Part shown: in pieces, positions 13,455 to 28,571 of the stretch
Position numbering within the stretch: the first letter of the stretch is position 1
Layout of the letters: each line of letters starts with the position of its first letter
NCBI GenBank assembly: GCA_965112735.1
Contig: OZ218952.1
Location: forward strand, 2,728,001 to 2,792,000
DNA: 64,000 nucleotides
Source: Phaeosaccion multiseriatum
Taxonomy: Eukaryota > Protista > Ochrophyta, other classes
Direction of reading: 5' to 3'
The notes under the pieces: model-generated
What the model saw: the letters and a program-made list of their open reading frames with translations, nothing else
What the model was told of the DNA's origin: nothing
Database searches by the model: none
Program-made: the position numbers and the translations under genes

Positions 13455-14378
13455 TCACTTTTGGACAGTTTGTGGCATCTTCTTCACAGCGCTGAGATCG
13501 TAAGTGAACTTGTAGGGCACCTTCTTGTTTTGGAGGGCTCGGACGGCCCAGAGAGGAGAGGAGTAGCCGTCATGCTGGGCAGAGCGTGACGTAACGAGAT
13601 GCAGCACGGGGCGGAGAGAAGCAGTGCAGCAGAAGTAAGGAAGGAAGCAAGGGGGATTGCGCTCATGTCGTGAAGTACTGTTGAAAGTTATGTGCTGGCT
13701 CTCTTGTCTGTCACTGACAAGCGCCTCACTCACTGACCTGTTCGGCAGGGAAGCCCTCTCCAATGCGGATGGGCTCGTCTGCCCCCTCCAGCCAGGCGTA
13801 GGCCTTGTCCCCGTCTGGGCCGGAAAACTCCACCTTGACTACCTTGTTCGAGTCCAGCTCCTTCAGGAAGTCTCCCCATGGGATCGATTTCTCATCCAAC
13901 GGAGCCGCAGCGCCGTCGTACTTGAGGCCACGGAATCCGCCACAGCCGAAGCCCATGCCTGTGAGGGAAGATGGGCGGCGGCAAGAGGCTTAGGGAAGGG
14001 GAAGGAACTCTTCCTCTCTCGTCTGCCTGCGGGCAGGCCGGACTGGCTGTCTCCGTCTCTCCTTCGGCTCGCTTGTCATCCCGTAAGTACTACATACGAA
14101 GGGGAGGGGGGGATTGAATCCTCGCTGGACTTACAGATGGAGTCGTAGGGGTTCGCCACGGCAGGGGGTGGAGAAAACGTGCCGAAGGGAAGCAGGAAGC
14201 TGACGCCCAATGCGACTGGCACGGCAGCCTTCTTGACTTGTGTCACAAGGTCCTCAACATGATTTGAGGCCTTCATTGTTGTCAACCCTCTGCCAGCTCT
14301 TGAGACGGGTGCAATGAACGCATTCACCGAGGCCAGCAAGGAGAGCAGGAGAACAGGAAGCACATCTTTGAAAGCCAT
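13455..14378 (-). CDS. Small plastid (thylakoid-lumen) protein resembling the lumenal domain of FtsH; 3 exons
   Basis: Signal peptide with an ASAFAP-type cleavage site (SVNA-FIAP), a transit peptide and a second hydrophobic segment ending AVA-NPY. The mature part includes SIPWGDFLKELDSNKVVKVEF. Confidence 0.65.
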
Positions 14379-14583
14379 ATTAGTATTTGCTCCGTTTGAA
14401 GAGAGAGGGAGAGGAAGGGAAAGGGAAAGGGGAATGTGGAAACGAAAGCGGCAAAAAGCAACAATTATCGAGCTCGATATACCAAATCGATGACATCGAA
14501 AACAGTTTCAAGAAATTGAGAGAAAAAAAAAGAAACAGCGACAAAAGGCAAGGAGAGTTTGGAGAGGGAGCGACACCAGCGAT

Positions 14584-17500
14584 ATGCCAGCTGGTGGATC
14601 CCCCAAAGGGTCCAAGTCGAGGGAGAAGGTCACCAGAGGAGTGCGAAAGTCGCTCAGCCTGAGGAGAGGCTCGGTGACCCCCTTGCCAGACTTGGCAGTG
14701 GAGGCGGCATTGCAGGCGGCAGCAGCGGCAGGAGATGGCGACTCACCAGGAGAAGGGACGGGAGGAGGGAAGGGGGAGAAATTGTTCGACCCTCCCACTC
14801 CTGCGCGCCTACAGCGAGAGCAGGTTTTTAGGGGGGGCTTCGAGGGGGAGGGCGTCGCCATGGGCATCATTATCGAAATGATCTCGGTGGCGGGGGAGCG
14901 CTGCGAGTGGGCCAGGTTCATTGAGAGTCTCGCACCCAGGTGGGCTGGGCTTGTGGCGACGGAGGATGTGCTCCTGGTCCTAGACATGGTGGCTCCCTTT
15001 ATCAGCGCCGACCCAGGCGATGCTGGCCTTGACGGGCTGCGAAGAGAGCAAGAAGAGGAGCCGACCTGCCCACCCATCGACCGGGATGCCCGCTTTCGCC
15101 TGATGACAAAGGATCGACCTGGATTTGGTTATGGCATTCTTCCCTCTGTGAGAGGGCCGCCTGGCCCCGGAGGAGAGCTGGTTCGGATGAGAAGCACGGG
15201 GGACATGTCGGGTCGGTCTGGACGCTCGGGACGCTCGCTCAAGAGAGAGCTTGGCTACATGCATCCGCCAAACTCACTTACTGACCACCGCAAGGTGAGC
15301 AAGCGGAGGGCTCTGCCTGGCTTGGCTTCATTTCTTTGCCGTGGTGGGAGCGTCGGCAGTCTGTTGAAAGTCCTCTGCATCGACCTTCTGCAGCATAGTC
15401 TTGTGCCTTCTTCCTCCCTGCTTACATACACTTTTTGCAAGTTAGTACGTGCCCGGATCCTCTTTCGCCCTTACCACATTCACCCCTACTCCTGTACCAC
15501 AGACCCTCATCCACCCGTGCCACCGCTCCACCCATCCTCCCCCTTCCTGCCCAACAGGTTGAAAAGCTGTTCCAGAGAGCGCTGCGGCAGTCAAAGCACG
15601 GCGAGAACGCCACCACTCTCACCATGGTAGAGCTGTGCACCTTCCTCAGCTACCACGGTCACGGCAGACTCGCAGACCCCAACCGACTCAGGGATCAGTT
15701 CGCGAGGATGGGCATGACGGGCAACACGGTGGTGGGGTTGGTTGAGTTTCACAAATGGCTGGAGTTTCTAGTGCGGCAGTACCCCAATATGGAGTTCAAT
15801 GCCTTCCCCTTGCCCCCAGAGATAGTGGATCCGGTCCTGCTTGCAGACAGTCGGTGAGTGAGGGATGATGGAGTGAGGGACGTGAAGGACAGAGTGGGTG
15901 AGTGGGTGGGTGAGGGAGTGATTGAATGAAGTGTGTGCGACGGGTCGTTGAGAAGTGAATGTTGTCTCCTCTCAGTCACCTTTTCCCTTTGCTTTTGCTG
16001 TAAGGGTAAGAGAGAGAGAGAGAGAGTGAAAGAAGCCTCGTGAGCAGTGCAGAGAGCAGGGCAAACCCCCAAGACCTTCCTCTCCTGCCTGTAGAGCAAA
16101 CACCACGACCTTCCTATCATGCCTGTAAACCAAACGGACTGAGACGTGCCCTCCCCCCCCCCCGCCCTGCGCACTCCTATTTGATCCGTATTTTACCCAC
16201 CCCAACCCACCCCACCCCACCCCAACCCAACCCAACCCAACCCAACCCAACCCAACCCAACCCGACCCGACCCAACCCAACCCAACTCAACCCAACTCAA
16301 CCCAATCCAATCCAATCCAACCCAACTCAACCCAACCCAATCCAATCCAATCCAACCCAACTCAACCCAACCCAATCCAATCCAATCCAACCCAACTCAA
16401 CCCAATCCAATCCAATCCAACCCAACCCAACCCAACCCAATCCAATCCAACCCAATCCAATCCAACCCAACTCAACCCAATCCAATCCAACTCAACCCAA
16501 CCCAATCCAATCCAATCCAACCCAATCCAATCCAACCCAATCCAATCCAACCCACCCAAAGGCAATTGACGGACATTCTCCGTGAAGCGGGCTCGAAGCG
16601 GGGCGGCGGAGGGGGAAAGTTCGGTGGCACTCTCCGAGGGCGGCTCACGAGGGCTCTTCAGTCTTCGGCAGCCCTACACGGACGAGCAGGGGTGGGGGGG
16701 GGCAGGTACGGTTCGGGCCCAGTGGCGGCAGACCAGGGAGGGGAGCAGGAGATAGAAGGGCTAGCGGCAGGGGAGCAGCAAGAGGAGGACGGCAAGGCTG
16801 GCGGGGTAGGGGGAGGAGGAGGGGGAGGGGGAGGAGGAGGGGGCAGTAGTGGTGTCAAGGTGAATCCCGTGGTGCTAGTGAAGGACGAGGAGCAAGCGAC
16901 TGACGGAGGAGAAGAAGGAGCCGAGGGGGGAGGAGGAGGAGGAGGAGGAGGAGGAGGAGGAGGAGGAGTCACCACCTCGCCCGGAAGGGGAGGGGCACGC
17001 CCCAAAACAGCTTTAGGTACCAGAGGGGAGGCTGCTGCTGGTGGTGGTGGTGGTGGTGCGGGGGGGAGTCGCCAGCGACCTATCTCGGCCGCCCCATCGG
17101 CAGGCGTATGGGCGGGGACGGGGGGAGGCCCGAAGAAGAGAGGGCAGTTCCTCACGCCGGACCCTACTGTGCAGGTGAGTGAGGAGGAAGAGAGACAAGA
17201 GGGTGAAAGGGGGGGAGGTAGACAGAGGAGGAAGAGAGGGGGGCGAAACAGGGAGGGGTTTAGGGGGAAGTGTGGAGTCCTGGGGGGCAAGTTAGCAGGA
17301 ACATAGGTCAAGCGAGTCACTTTTGGCTGGCGAACCAGTGAAATGATTGTGTGTGTGTGTGTGTGTGTGTGTGGGGGGGGGGGGGGGGTGCACACGCAGG
17401 ACCGACGTTTCACACCTGGGCTAGGCGAGGCAGTTACCTCTCTCTCTATCTGTGCGCTCCCTCCAAGGACGCCTCATGTCTTCCTCCTCCTCCCCCCTAC

Positions 17501-18599
17501 TCCCTCTGCCGGTCCCCACTGACTTGCTGACTCTCGTCCCTCCCCTGCTTCACCCCCCGCCTACCCACATCACTCACACTCCGTCTCCTTGTTATGTGCC
17601 ACTTATACCCCTACGATACCACGGTTTCAGAAACCCCTGTTGGAGCAAGCTCTGTTGAACATCAAGCCCGGTGTAACCGTGGTGGAGGTGCCTTACGGCG
17701 GGGGGGGCGTGGAGCGGCGAAAGGCCACCCCCGCTTCTTTCGAGACCCCGGGGAGGATGCACGTCTGCACGTATCGAGCGCTGTCGGCAGGGAGGAACCC
17801 CCCAGGAGCCAGTACCAAGGGCGTGGATGACGCCCACGTGCAGCCGCAGCAGCAGCAGCAGCAGCAAGAGGGTAGCAGCATGAGCTTCTTGGAAGAGAGC
17901 GGAGGAGGAGGGGGGGGACTAAACGGGAGTACTCTAAGTGGCGGTGGTGGTGGTGGTGGAGGAGGAGGATTGGGGGGAGGAGGGAAGTCTACAGTGAGAC
18001 CGGCGACAGCAATAGGCGTGCGAACCATGCTGCTGGCGGCGGCATCGGCGAGGGACTTACTGGGCTCGGTAGATGCCAAGATGGTCGGTGCGATTCCCAT
18101 GCCAGCTAGTGGTACGGCAGCAGCAGCAGCAGGAGCAGCAGCAGCAGCAGCAGTTGGTGATACAGATGGGGCTCCTCCTCATCTCGATGGCGGTGCTGAA
18201 GGTCCTGCTGACTCCTCCCCGGATTCTGACTTCCTGGGGGAGGAGGTGTCAGGACTGATAGGGCTGGGCAGCGGATCCGTCGCACCCGCACCTCCAAGAG
18301 CGGTGAGTGCTGCTGCTGCTCGCGAGGCTGCTGGAAGTGGTGCTGGTGGTAGTAATGGGGGTGGGGGTGGATCGTCGTGGTCTGCGTCGCACTTGCCCGT
18401 GGCCAAGCAACGGATACGGAGGCCCATGTCAGCGCAAGTAGGTCGAGGTGCGACAGCAACAGCAGCAATACAGCAGGGCATGAGGGGCAAGGCTATGATC
18501 AGCAAGATGGGTGGTGGTATGGTCAGCAAGGCGGGCGGCGGGGACAGGGATGCCCTGCTAGCTCACGGGCACACCGAGCGGGGCTGGGCAGGCGCATGA
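14584..18599 (+). CDS. Uncharacterised low-complexity protein with a degenerate EF-hand-like pair; ~4 exons
   Basis: Coding-like segments 14584-15294, ~15558-15853 (TTLTMVELCTFL...NTVVGLVEFHKWL), ~16562-17174 and 17631-18599 are bounded by GT/AG. Confidence 0.5.
16197..16559. repeat. (CCAAC/CCAAT)n pentamer array in intron
   Basis: Directly visible. Confidence 0.95.
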
Positions 18600-18664
18600 G
18601 GTGGAGAGGGGAGAGGTGAGAGGAGAGGAGGGTCTGACTTTGCTCAGAGAGTTCGCGATGAGTC

Positions 18665-18703
<39 letters not shown>

Positions 18704-18935
18704 TCGATGGCGGCCCATTCTATGCGTCGCAGCGGTTTCGCCTGGATCTTCAACTCACTCGGATGATTCTCTGCCGTGCCTGCCCTCCTGTTTGCCTACC
18801 CCGTATGCCTGCCCTGAAGTCTGTAAGGAGTAGACATACAAGTAACTCAAAGGAAACGAGGACGGCAAGCAAACCATTGACTTCACTCTTGCACGTATGG
18901 GTAGAGGAGAGACAGGAGAGCGAGCGAGTTGGTCG

Positions 18936-19246
<311 letters not shown>

Positions 19247-19459
19247 CGCGCTTTGTGTTTCGTCTTCCACACCTCGGGCCGCTGCAAGGCCGTCTCAAGG
19301 AGATGCTTTTTTATGACAAGGACTTTATTTTCGCCCAAAGTCCTGATCGAGTCGATACCTACCTACACTGATGGTGCTTGCTGCACTCACAGCATCCCCA
19401 TACCTCCCCACCTCTCTGCCGTACTACCAACTCTTCTATCTATTCCGTGTCCCTCCGGC

Positions 19460-20148
19460 TCACACACTGCTGTCCATGGCAGCCAGCGCGAGCCCGAAGG
19501 CTTGAAGGGGGCTGAGGGGCCAGCAAAAGTCCAGCGCGAAAGAGTTCTCTCCATTCTTCCCGAAGAGAAGCACCGCTGGTCCCTCGCCTCCCTTCCTCCC
19601 GTAGGATGAGCGGCCCCCGTTGTCATTCTCGTCGCTGTCGTCATAGTTGTTGTTGTTGCTGCTGCTTCGCTTTCTCCTCCTCCTGCTGCTACTGCTGCTA
19701 CTGCTGCTGCTGATGATGCTGGCACCGCCCCCGCTCGGTGTGTCTCGCCCCTCCAGGATGAAGTTCTTGATGCTTGCCTTAGTCGCTCTGCCGTGAAAGT
19801 CAATGGCGTAGCCTCGCATCTAAACAAGCACACATACCATGAGTCCAAGCGGGATACAGCCAGGATACAACCGTTTCGAGAGAAAGGAAAGCAAGGATGA
19901 ATTAGCGATGCAATGACTTGTTTAATGCCCCCCCTCCTCCCCCTCCCGCAGAGCTCTTTGAAGGCGCTCACTTACTTTCTCATCATAGTAGGGCCGTCTA
20001 CACGCCAACCTCGTCATTCGGTTGCTTGCCCGCTCCTCGCGCATCTTGGTTGTGAGCTGTTCCTCCCTCCTAGTGTTCTCCCAACCGACCCTGCCTCTTC
20101 TGTTGCCGGTGCTGCTCGGGCGACCGTCTCGCCTCCCTCCGCGAGTAG

Positions 20149-20247
<99 letters not shown>

Positions 20248-21446
20248 CGTTGTCGTTGTCGCTGTCGTTGTCACTGTCTCTGTCGTTGTGTTTGTCTCCT
20301 TCTAGCACGAGGGGGATGCCCACCTGCACGCTCCGCGGGCCCTCGTCCTCCTCGCCCCCCGGGGCCATGAGGATACTGCCCCACCACACGGAGGCAGCGG
20401 CAGCGACAGCGACAGAGGCAGAGGCAAAGGCAGAGGCAGAGGCAGAGGCAGAGGCAGAGGCAGAGGCAGAGGCGATATCCAGAGGCAGAGGCAGAGGCAG
20501 AGGCAGAGGCAGAGGCAGAGGCAGAGGCAAGAAGATCACAAGGTCAGGGGAGAGCTCCGACGACGAGAAGGAGTGGAGCAGCCCGCTGGTAGCCCGCTGA
20601 GCAAAGCAACGAAAGGGTAAAGGACGACTAATTGCTTGTACAAAGCTCACCCGCAGAGCTCATTCCTTCTGTGCTTGGCCGCCTTGCCCAAGTGCCTGTG
20701 CTTGGGGGTCCTAGCGGGACTGTCGCCGTCATCGAACAGCACGTACTCGCCCCCGCTGTTGTTCTGTGGTGGGGAGGGAAGGAGAGCGACGAGAGAGACC
20801 GGAGAAGCAGACAGACCAAGCGGGAGACCCGCGGTGATTAGCATTGCCCTTGTCTCCTGTCAGTCACGCTGCTGTTTCTCTGCTTTGCGGACGAAGGGGG
20901 CTGTACTCTTCAACCCCTCATGCGCAAGCCAGCCCCTCTCCCCCTTATTGAGTGTAGACTTCAAACAGTACTAGTGGGTAGGTAGGTAGGTAGGTATAAA
21001 AGCACCTCCACAACCCACGACTCTTCCCACACCTCTCCCCACCCTCTCACCGTCGCTCTAAGCTTGCCCACGTAATACTCGGACTCCTTGTGTACTTGCC
21101 CCACGGAGCTCAGCGAAATGCGAAACAGAGCAGTCCGCGTCAAGGTTTGGCGCTGAGCCGTCATGATGAACTGCCCGCAGCTGCCACTGCTGCCGCGCCT
21201 GGTCGGACTCCTACTGCTGCTGCTACTGCTGCTGCTGCTGCTGCCACCGCGCCTGACCGGGCTTCTGCTGCTACTGTCTGCGGCATCTGTTGTGTCTGCA
21301 TCGCTGCTGAGGTCTAGGCAGAGGCTGTAAGTGGGGTTGGCGAGGGCTGAGCGCCAGCCCGCTCCACCCATCAGCATGTCTTCTCTGCGGTGACGAATGA
21401 CCCTGTGGGACGGAGAGGAGAGGAGAGGTTCAGGGATGAGAGGCCG

Positions 21447-21481
<35 letters not shown>

Positions 21482-21666
21482 CAGCAGCAGCAGAAGTTGG
21501 TGATACAGCAGCAGAGGACAAGGTGTAAGGGGGGCTGGTGGCAAGGTGGGAAATGACGAAAAGAACGCTTGCGAATGAGGAGCGGAGCGGTCTGGAGAGA
21601 GAGGGAGAGGGGGGGGCAGTGAACCACACGGACGCTCATACAAACGCAGGAAGGGAGGGGGGGAGG

Positions 21667-21712
<46 letters not shown>

Positions 21713-22061
21713 CTAGATTAAGAGAGCGAGCTGCTGACACACACGAGGAGCCTTTGACAACTGCCTCTGGACAAGTTGAAACTGACCTGCACCTAGCCGT
21801 GCGATACTTCCTTTCGAGCGGGGCATAGACAAAGTCCCGCATGGCATCCACATCGAGGCCGCTTAAGTCAATGGCGGGCCCTGCTTGGAAGAAGGACGAA
21901 CGGCGGCTTTGACGGCTGTGGGAGGAGGAGGAGGAGGAGGGAGGGGGAGGGGAGCGAGCTGCGGGAGGTGTGGTGGCCTTTGGGGCCTCAGTGTGGTTGT
22001 CTTGGTCGTACTCGTGCCACACGTCGATGGGTGGCGGCTTCGACCTCTGCTTTCTCTCGTG
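19460..22061 (-). CDS. Tubby (Tub) domain exons, inferred C-terminal part of the myosin gene
   Basis: Spliced motifs RC|RVIRHRR...PTYSL...FIMTAQRQ...FRISL...YYVGKLRAT|[16 protein letters not shown]...[10 protein letters not shown]...RPYYDEK|[22 protein letters not shown]...[34 protein letters not shown] match the Tubby domain. Confidence 0.9.
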
Positions 22062-22243
22062 CTGAAGAGGGACAGAGGGGGTGAAGCGCAGGGTGGGGGG
22101 GGGGGGCGGGGGAGGCGTATGAGATGGACAATCATATCAACCCTTGGAGGGAAGAGTGAGAAGGGAAAGACAATGAGGAGAGGGCTCCGGTTCTGTAACG
22201 GTTCCGTAACGCACGCACGGGTAAGGGTGCACAGGCACCTCAC

Positions 22244-22762
22244 CTCAAGCCGCCATTCCCTCTCCAGCTCCTCCTGCCTGGTCTGCTCCTCCCTCCATCT
22301 CTCCCACGCCCCTGCCGCCTGCCGTTCCTCCTCCTCCCTCCTCGCCTTCTCCTCCTCCTGCGCCTGCCTCAGTGCCACCGCGTGCGCCTCCCGCACCCTC
22401 GCAGCCTTTGCTGCCGCTTCCGCCGCCGCAGCATCCACCGCATCGCAGGCCGACTGCTCCGCCTCCTTTCTCTCTGTCTCCATCCTCCACCGCCACTCCT
22501 CGCGCTGGGCCCGTCGGCTGGCGAGCGCAATCTCGTCCTGCGTCTGCTGCCATCTCTTCCACTTGATGATGCGCCAGCAGCGCTGTATAGCCCTTGCACT
22601 ACCATCCTCGAGGCACTCGCGCTGGGCAGTGACTTGCTGTAAGGTGTGCGCGTCGCGGAAGAGGAGCTGCTTCATACCGATTACACTCCTGCCGCCGCAC
22701 CCGGACATCACCCTGATGAGTTGTGAGGAAATTTGTGTATGTTTGTGTGTGTGTGTGTGTGA

Positions 22763-22795
<33 letters not shown>

Positions 22796-25700
22796 TGAGA
22801 CCGAGGGGTTGCCAGAGTGTCGCAGCTGAAGGCGGTGGTGGAAGCGAGGAGAGGGTAGGAGAGAGGGTAGGGAGGGGGGATGAAGGAAGTTTGGGCAATG
22901 CTCCTCCACTTCAGACCGCGATACACCCCCCTGCTTCCCTCCATCACTCAACACTGACTCCCTCAATCTCCCTCTCCGCCGCAGCTCACCAGGCCACGGT
23001 GTCCGGAAGCTTCGCATATCCTCTGAAGAAGTCCCTCTTGGCCAACCGATACGCGGGGGGGAAGGCCATGTGCCACACCTATGCAAGCCGCACAGCAGGA
23101 GCACCGAGCGCAAGTTGTGACGATTGGGACAAAGGCAGCACATGGAAAGCCCGCCAAAAGCACAGCGATTAGTCTCCAGGGCTGAAGTATCAGCCCATCC
23201 ATCCATCCATCCAGCCATCCACTCATCCATCCATTCACCCATCCATCCATCCATCCATTCACCCATCCATCCATCCATCCATCCATCCATCCATCCATCC
23301 ATTTATCCATCCATTCATCCATCCACCCATCCATCCATCCATCCATCCATCCATCCATCCATCCATCCATCCATCCATCCATCCATCCATCCATCCATCC
23401 ATCCATCCATCCATCCATCCATCCATCCATCCATCCATCCATCCATCCATCCATCCATCCATCCATCCATCCATCCACCCATCCATCCATCCATCCATCC
23501 ATCCATCCACTTCCATCCACCCATCCATCCATCCATCCATCCATCCATCCATCCACTGCCATCCATCCATCCATCCACTGCCATCCATCCATCCATCCAT
23601 CCACTGCCATCCATCCATCCATCCACTGCCATCCATCCATCCATCCATCCATACATCCACTACCATCCATCCATCCATCCATCCATCCACTGCCATCCAT
23701 CCACTGCCATCCATCCATCCGTCCATCCATCCACTGCCATCCATCAATCTATCGTGCCTACCTCTGCGGCAGCGAGCACGCCCGCAACTTTCAGTTGGTG
23801 TACAACTGCGAAGCCGTCCATCGAAGGGGAGGCCGCCTGCCCGCTCCCGCTCCCTGCTAAGCCCATGCACCCAAAGACAGATGGATGGATAGAGAGCCCA
23901 CGATAGGAGGGAGGGTGTACAGAGGAGAAGGTGGGGGTGGACACCCAAGGATAGATACGGTGGGGTGCGGGGTAAGGAGAGTGCCAAAGAAAATAGCGGC
24001 CTCTTTCTCTCTGTTTCCCCTCCCCCCCCCCCCCCTCTCACTCTCTCCCTCGCTCTGCTCTCTCTCTCTCCCTCTCCCTCTCTCTCACCGTTGGGCCGGA
24101 TGCACACAACGTGGCGCCTTCTGCTCTTGCCCATTCCTTCCAGGAGCCTTCCGAGGCTCTGCTCAAAACTCACTGAGTAAAGCCGCCCTCGCTCTCCCTC
24201 GCTCTCTTGTTCCTCGTCTCTGCCTCCCATCCTAACATGTGCCTTTGTGGGCCACACACACACACACACACGCAGGGAAATAGGAGGGGATCGGGCGGCG
24301 GATGTCGACACACACAGAGGGGAAGGGAGGGGCAAGCCAGCAAGCGTGGGTCAAGGCGTCGAAGCGCTGGCTGGACGTGATCTCGATGTGGCTGCCTATA
24401 GCTAGGCGGTACCAACTGCTTTTTCCCTCTCCTGCCTGCTTTTGGCGACCACGCTCTTCTCCATACCACCACCTAGCCCATGACACGATATGATGTGACC
24501 CGAGGTGTGACCCCAAGGGGTAACCCGAGGCGGTGTATGGCGTACCTGAGCCCCCCGGGGGCATACGGCGGGCGTGAGTGCGGCCAAGCGCGTGCAGGCT
24601 TGGTCGAGAAGGGCACGTACGTCCGTAGCGATCACGCCGCTGAGGTTGCTCCCGACCATTCCCTGTCGGGGGGGGTGTGGGGGGGGTGGAAGGCGATACC
24701 GCGTCAGAGCGATGCGATTTGAGGGGCGACAACGTGCATGCATGCGTGCATTCCGTTCTCCCATCCCAGCCAGTGTTCCTCCTCCACCTCCTCCTCCTCG
24801 CTCCCATCCCAGACAGTGTTCCTCCTCCACCTCCTCCTCCTCGCTCCCATCTCAGCTCTCGAATCGTTTGGCAAAGAGCTGTGGACAGACGACAGACTGC
24901 CCCTACGTGAAGGGATGTGGTGCACGCACGCGCACACCTACTCACCCACTGACTCACTCACTCATTCACTCACTCACTCACTCACTCACTCACTCACTCA
25001 CTCACTCACTCTCTCTCTCACTCACTCACTCACTCACTCACTCACTCACTCACTCACTCACTCACTCACTCACTCACTCACTCACTCACTCACTCACTCA
25101 CTCACTCACTCACTCACTCACTCACTCACTCACTCACTCACTCACTCACTCACTCACTCACTCACTCACTCACTCACTCACTCACTCACTCACTCACTCA
25201 CTCACTCACTCACCCACTCAGTCAGTCAGTCACCCACTCAGTCAGTCAGTCACTCACTCAGTCACTCAGTTAGTCACTCACTCACTCGCTCATGCACGCA
25301 CGCACGCACGCACGCACGCCCTCACTCACCGCTGCGGAATACGTCACCTTCCCAGAGAAGTGCTCCACAGCGAACTGTAACGCCTTCGAGGAGGAGGAGG
25401 AGGAGGAGGAGGAGGAGGAGGAGGAGGAGGAGGGGGCAGGCTGACCTCGAAGGCCATTCTCCACAAGCTGGGTCATGAAGCCGGCATCGCTCCCCTGCAA
25501 GGGAGGAGAGCACGGATGAGGGTGAAGAGTTGTGAGGCAGGGTAAGGTCAAGGCCAAGGCGGGAGAGGCAGGTAGACAGCTGTAACAGCAACCCAAGGTG
25601 TAAATCATTGGAACGGAAAAAACTTAAACTTGGGCAACAGGAATGCATCGAGTGAGTGATTGGGTGTGTGATTGATGGAAAGCAACATCGACATGAATAG

Positions 25701-27262
25701 AGGGAGCGAGTGAGTGGGTGAGTGAGTGATGGCGTGATTGACGAAACGACTCGATGGCTGTGAAAGGTCACGCTGAATGTGGTACGCGGAATGCAACGCT
25801 TCCTACCCACACGTAAGCCACACGTAAGCCACACGTAAGCCCCACGTCAGCCACACGTAAGCCACACGTAAGTCATACGTAAGCCACACGTAAGCCACAC
25901 GTAAGCCACACGTAAGCCACACGTAAGCCACACGTAAGCCACACGTAAGGCACACGTAAGCCCCACCTGCTCGCTGCAGCATTGGCTCTCCAAGAGTGAC
26001 AGCACGCTGTGACCCCTGTGACCTGAGTGCCCCTTCTGACTTCCCCTGGAGAGCCTCTGTTGTCCATGCTGCTGCCCTTGGGGCCGGTCATGGCCGTGGC
26101 CGTGGGCGCTGCTCAGGCTGCGCAGAAGCCTCTCCGACGACTGCAGAGTGGAGCCGTGGCGGACCTGAATCAAACGCACACACGCACACAGACGAAAGGG
26201 AGAAGGAGGGAAGTGAAGAGAAGGGAAGGGGAGGGGCAGGCACGGGACGGGACGGGAGGGAGGGGAGGGGAGAGGACAGGAGGGGAGGGGAGGAGAAAGG
26301 AGCAGGCGTAGAGTGGTGTGTAAGTGGCGAAGCAGCAGGCAGCAACATCGTAAGTGTGCGCGCACAGCGGAGGGGGTCACATGGGCACACGAGCATATAT
26401 CTATTATATTATATGGATATATAGGCAGGCAAACACACTTTGCTCAAGACCTACTTACTTTGCTCAATGCCTGGTCCACAGACTCGCTGCTGCCACTGCT
26501 GTCGCTCGTGAGCAGAGAAGCGGCACACCTCTCCACAGCGTCGGAGATGAACTTCACTCGGATCTGTTAGGCACGGCAAGAGGGGGGGCAGGGCAGAGGG
26601 GAGGGGGAGGGAGGGATGCGCGGACGGGGAGGCACATCGTTGAGTACGCGCTCTTAGGCCTCCCTCGTCGTGAGAAGATGGTATTGAATGATGCTGGATG
26701 GCATTGGATGGCAATAGATGGCATGGATGGCATGGATGGTATTGGATGGTATTGGATGGCACTGGTTGGTATTTCGTATTGGATGGCATTGGATGGCATG
26801 GACGGCATTGGATGGTATTGGATGGCATGGATGGCATTGGATGGTATTGGATGGCATTGGATTGCATGCTATCAGGCACGCAACCACCGACGGACGGATG
26901 GGGCAGATCGACTAACCTTTTCTGCCGCAAAGTTGAAGCACAGCTGCTGCAGGCCGTTGGAGTGTGTGCTTTCTCCTGCTGTATCATCAACTGCTGTTGC
27001 TGCTGCTGCTGTATCACCAACACCTACAGCTTCGGAGCCCCCCAAATCGAGTACTCCGATGGACATAACCCCTTCCGTGGCATTCTTCGGATAGTGTAGA
27101 GTAGAGATCTGCCCGGCCTCGTTGATCTGCGGTGTGGAATTGGAGAGGATTTGAGGGAAGCCTTGTCAGTCAGCAACTCGGCGGGTCACCCAGTCCGCCA
27201 GTCCGCCAGTCTCTCCATCACAAACACACACACACACACACACATGCACACACATACATGCA

Positions 27263-27307
<45 letters not shown>

Positions 27308-27693
27308 CTTGCTTACGACCCAGTCGAGCACCCTCTTGTATATGTCCATGGCAAGGGCATCGCGTGCCTCCACCGCCTGTGCCTCGGTCTTGGGCATGGT
27401 GAACACCGCAGACGAGGAGGTGTACCCAGAGGACAGGCCTCCTGAGGACATGCCTCCTGAGGACATGCCTCCCCCCCCTGCCTCGCCGCTTGCAGCGCCG
27501 CCACCTGCACGCATGCATGGCACACCGAGCGAAGCACAGGGGTTAGTGGAGGGAGCAGCAGTAGCATAAGCAGCAAGCAGCCGCCGCAGCAGCTTAAGCA
27601 GAGCAAGGATGATGATGGTGATGGTCATGAGAGATGGGAACATATGACGCCAAGGCCAATGCCGAGGAGTCAATACTCGCCAGGCCTTCCATC

Positions 27694-27730
<37 letters not shown>

Positions 27731-28530
27731 GCTCACCTTGCTCGGATGAAGTGAGCAAGTTTACTATGTCGTGTGGGCTGCAACCAAGCATATGGGCCGC
27801 TGCCTTGACCGGGGCCATACTGAGAATGTCCACAGTACCAAACGCGCGCTGAGAACAGAACGACAGGTAAGGTAACGAGGAGAGCAAACGTGGCCGGAGG
27901 GCGAGCGAGCGAGCGAACGGTTGCGGATGTACATGAAGGGGAGAGGACAGGGGACTGGATGAGTACGAGGCGATGAGGAGGGAGAGAGAGAGATAGGGGG
28001 TCGACAAATGAGAGGGGATGGTCAGGACCTTCCATGCTGTACTGTCTGCGTCGCCTCTGCACAGCCTGCACAGCAGCCGAGCCAACTAGTCTCCCCATCC
28101 ATCCACTGCCATCCACTGCTATCCAGCTTGCCTCCACTGCTCTCCCCAACCCCCTTCTTGCATGCCTCCACTGCCATCCATTGCCATCCCCCACCCCTCC
28201 CTACCTCCTGGTCGTCCTTGCCGAAGGTGCGCAGCTCCACGTTCCCGAGGTGCAGCACAGCCGCCAGCAGCTCCTGCACCAGTTGCTTCTCCGCCTCGGA
28301 GCAGTGCACGGCATCTGTGAGGGGCATCCGCAGGCGTATGGGTAGGCAGGCATGAGGGTATGGCAGGCAGGCAGACCGGCAGGCCGGCAGGCAAAGTAAG
28401 TGTCCACATTGGGCAATATAATGAAGAGAAATGGCGCTAGAGGGAGCGTTGCTTGAAAGGAGAGGCCACACCACTGCACGCCACTGCGCTTGAACGTAGA
28501 ATGGCCGCTCTTGTTGCGTCTCTCTCTCTG

Positions 28531-28571
<41 letters not shown>

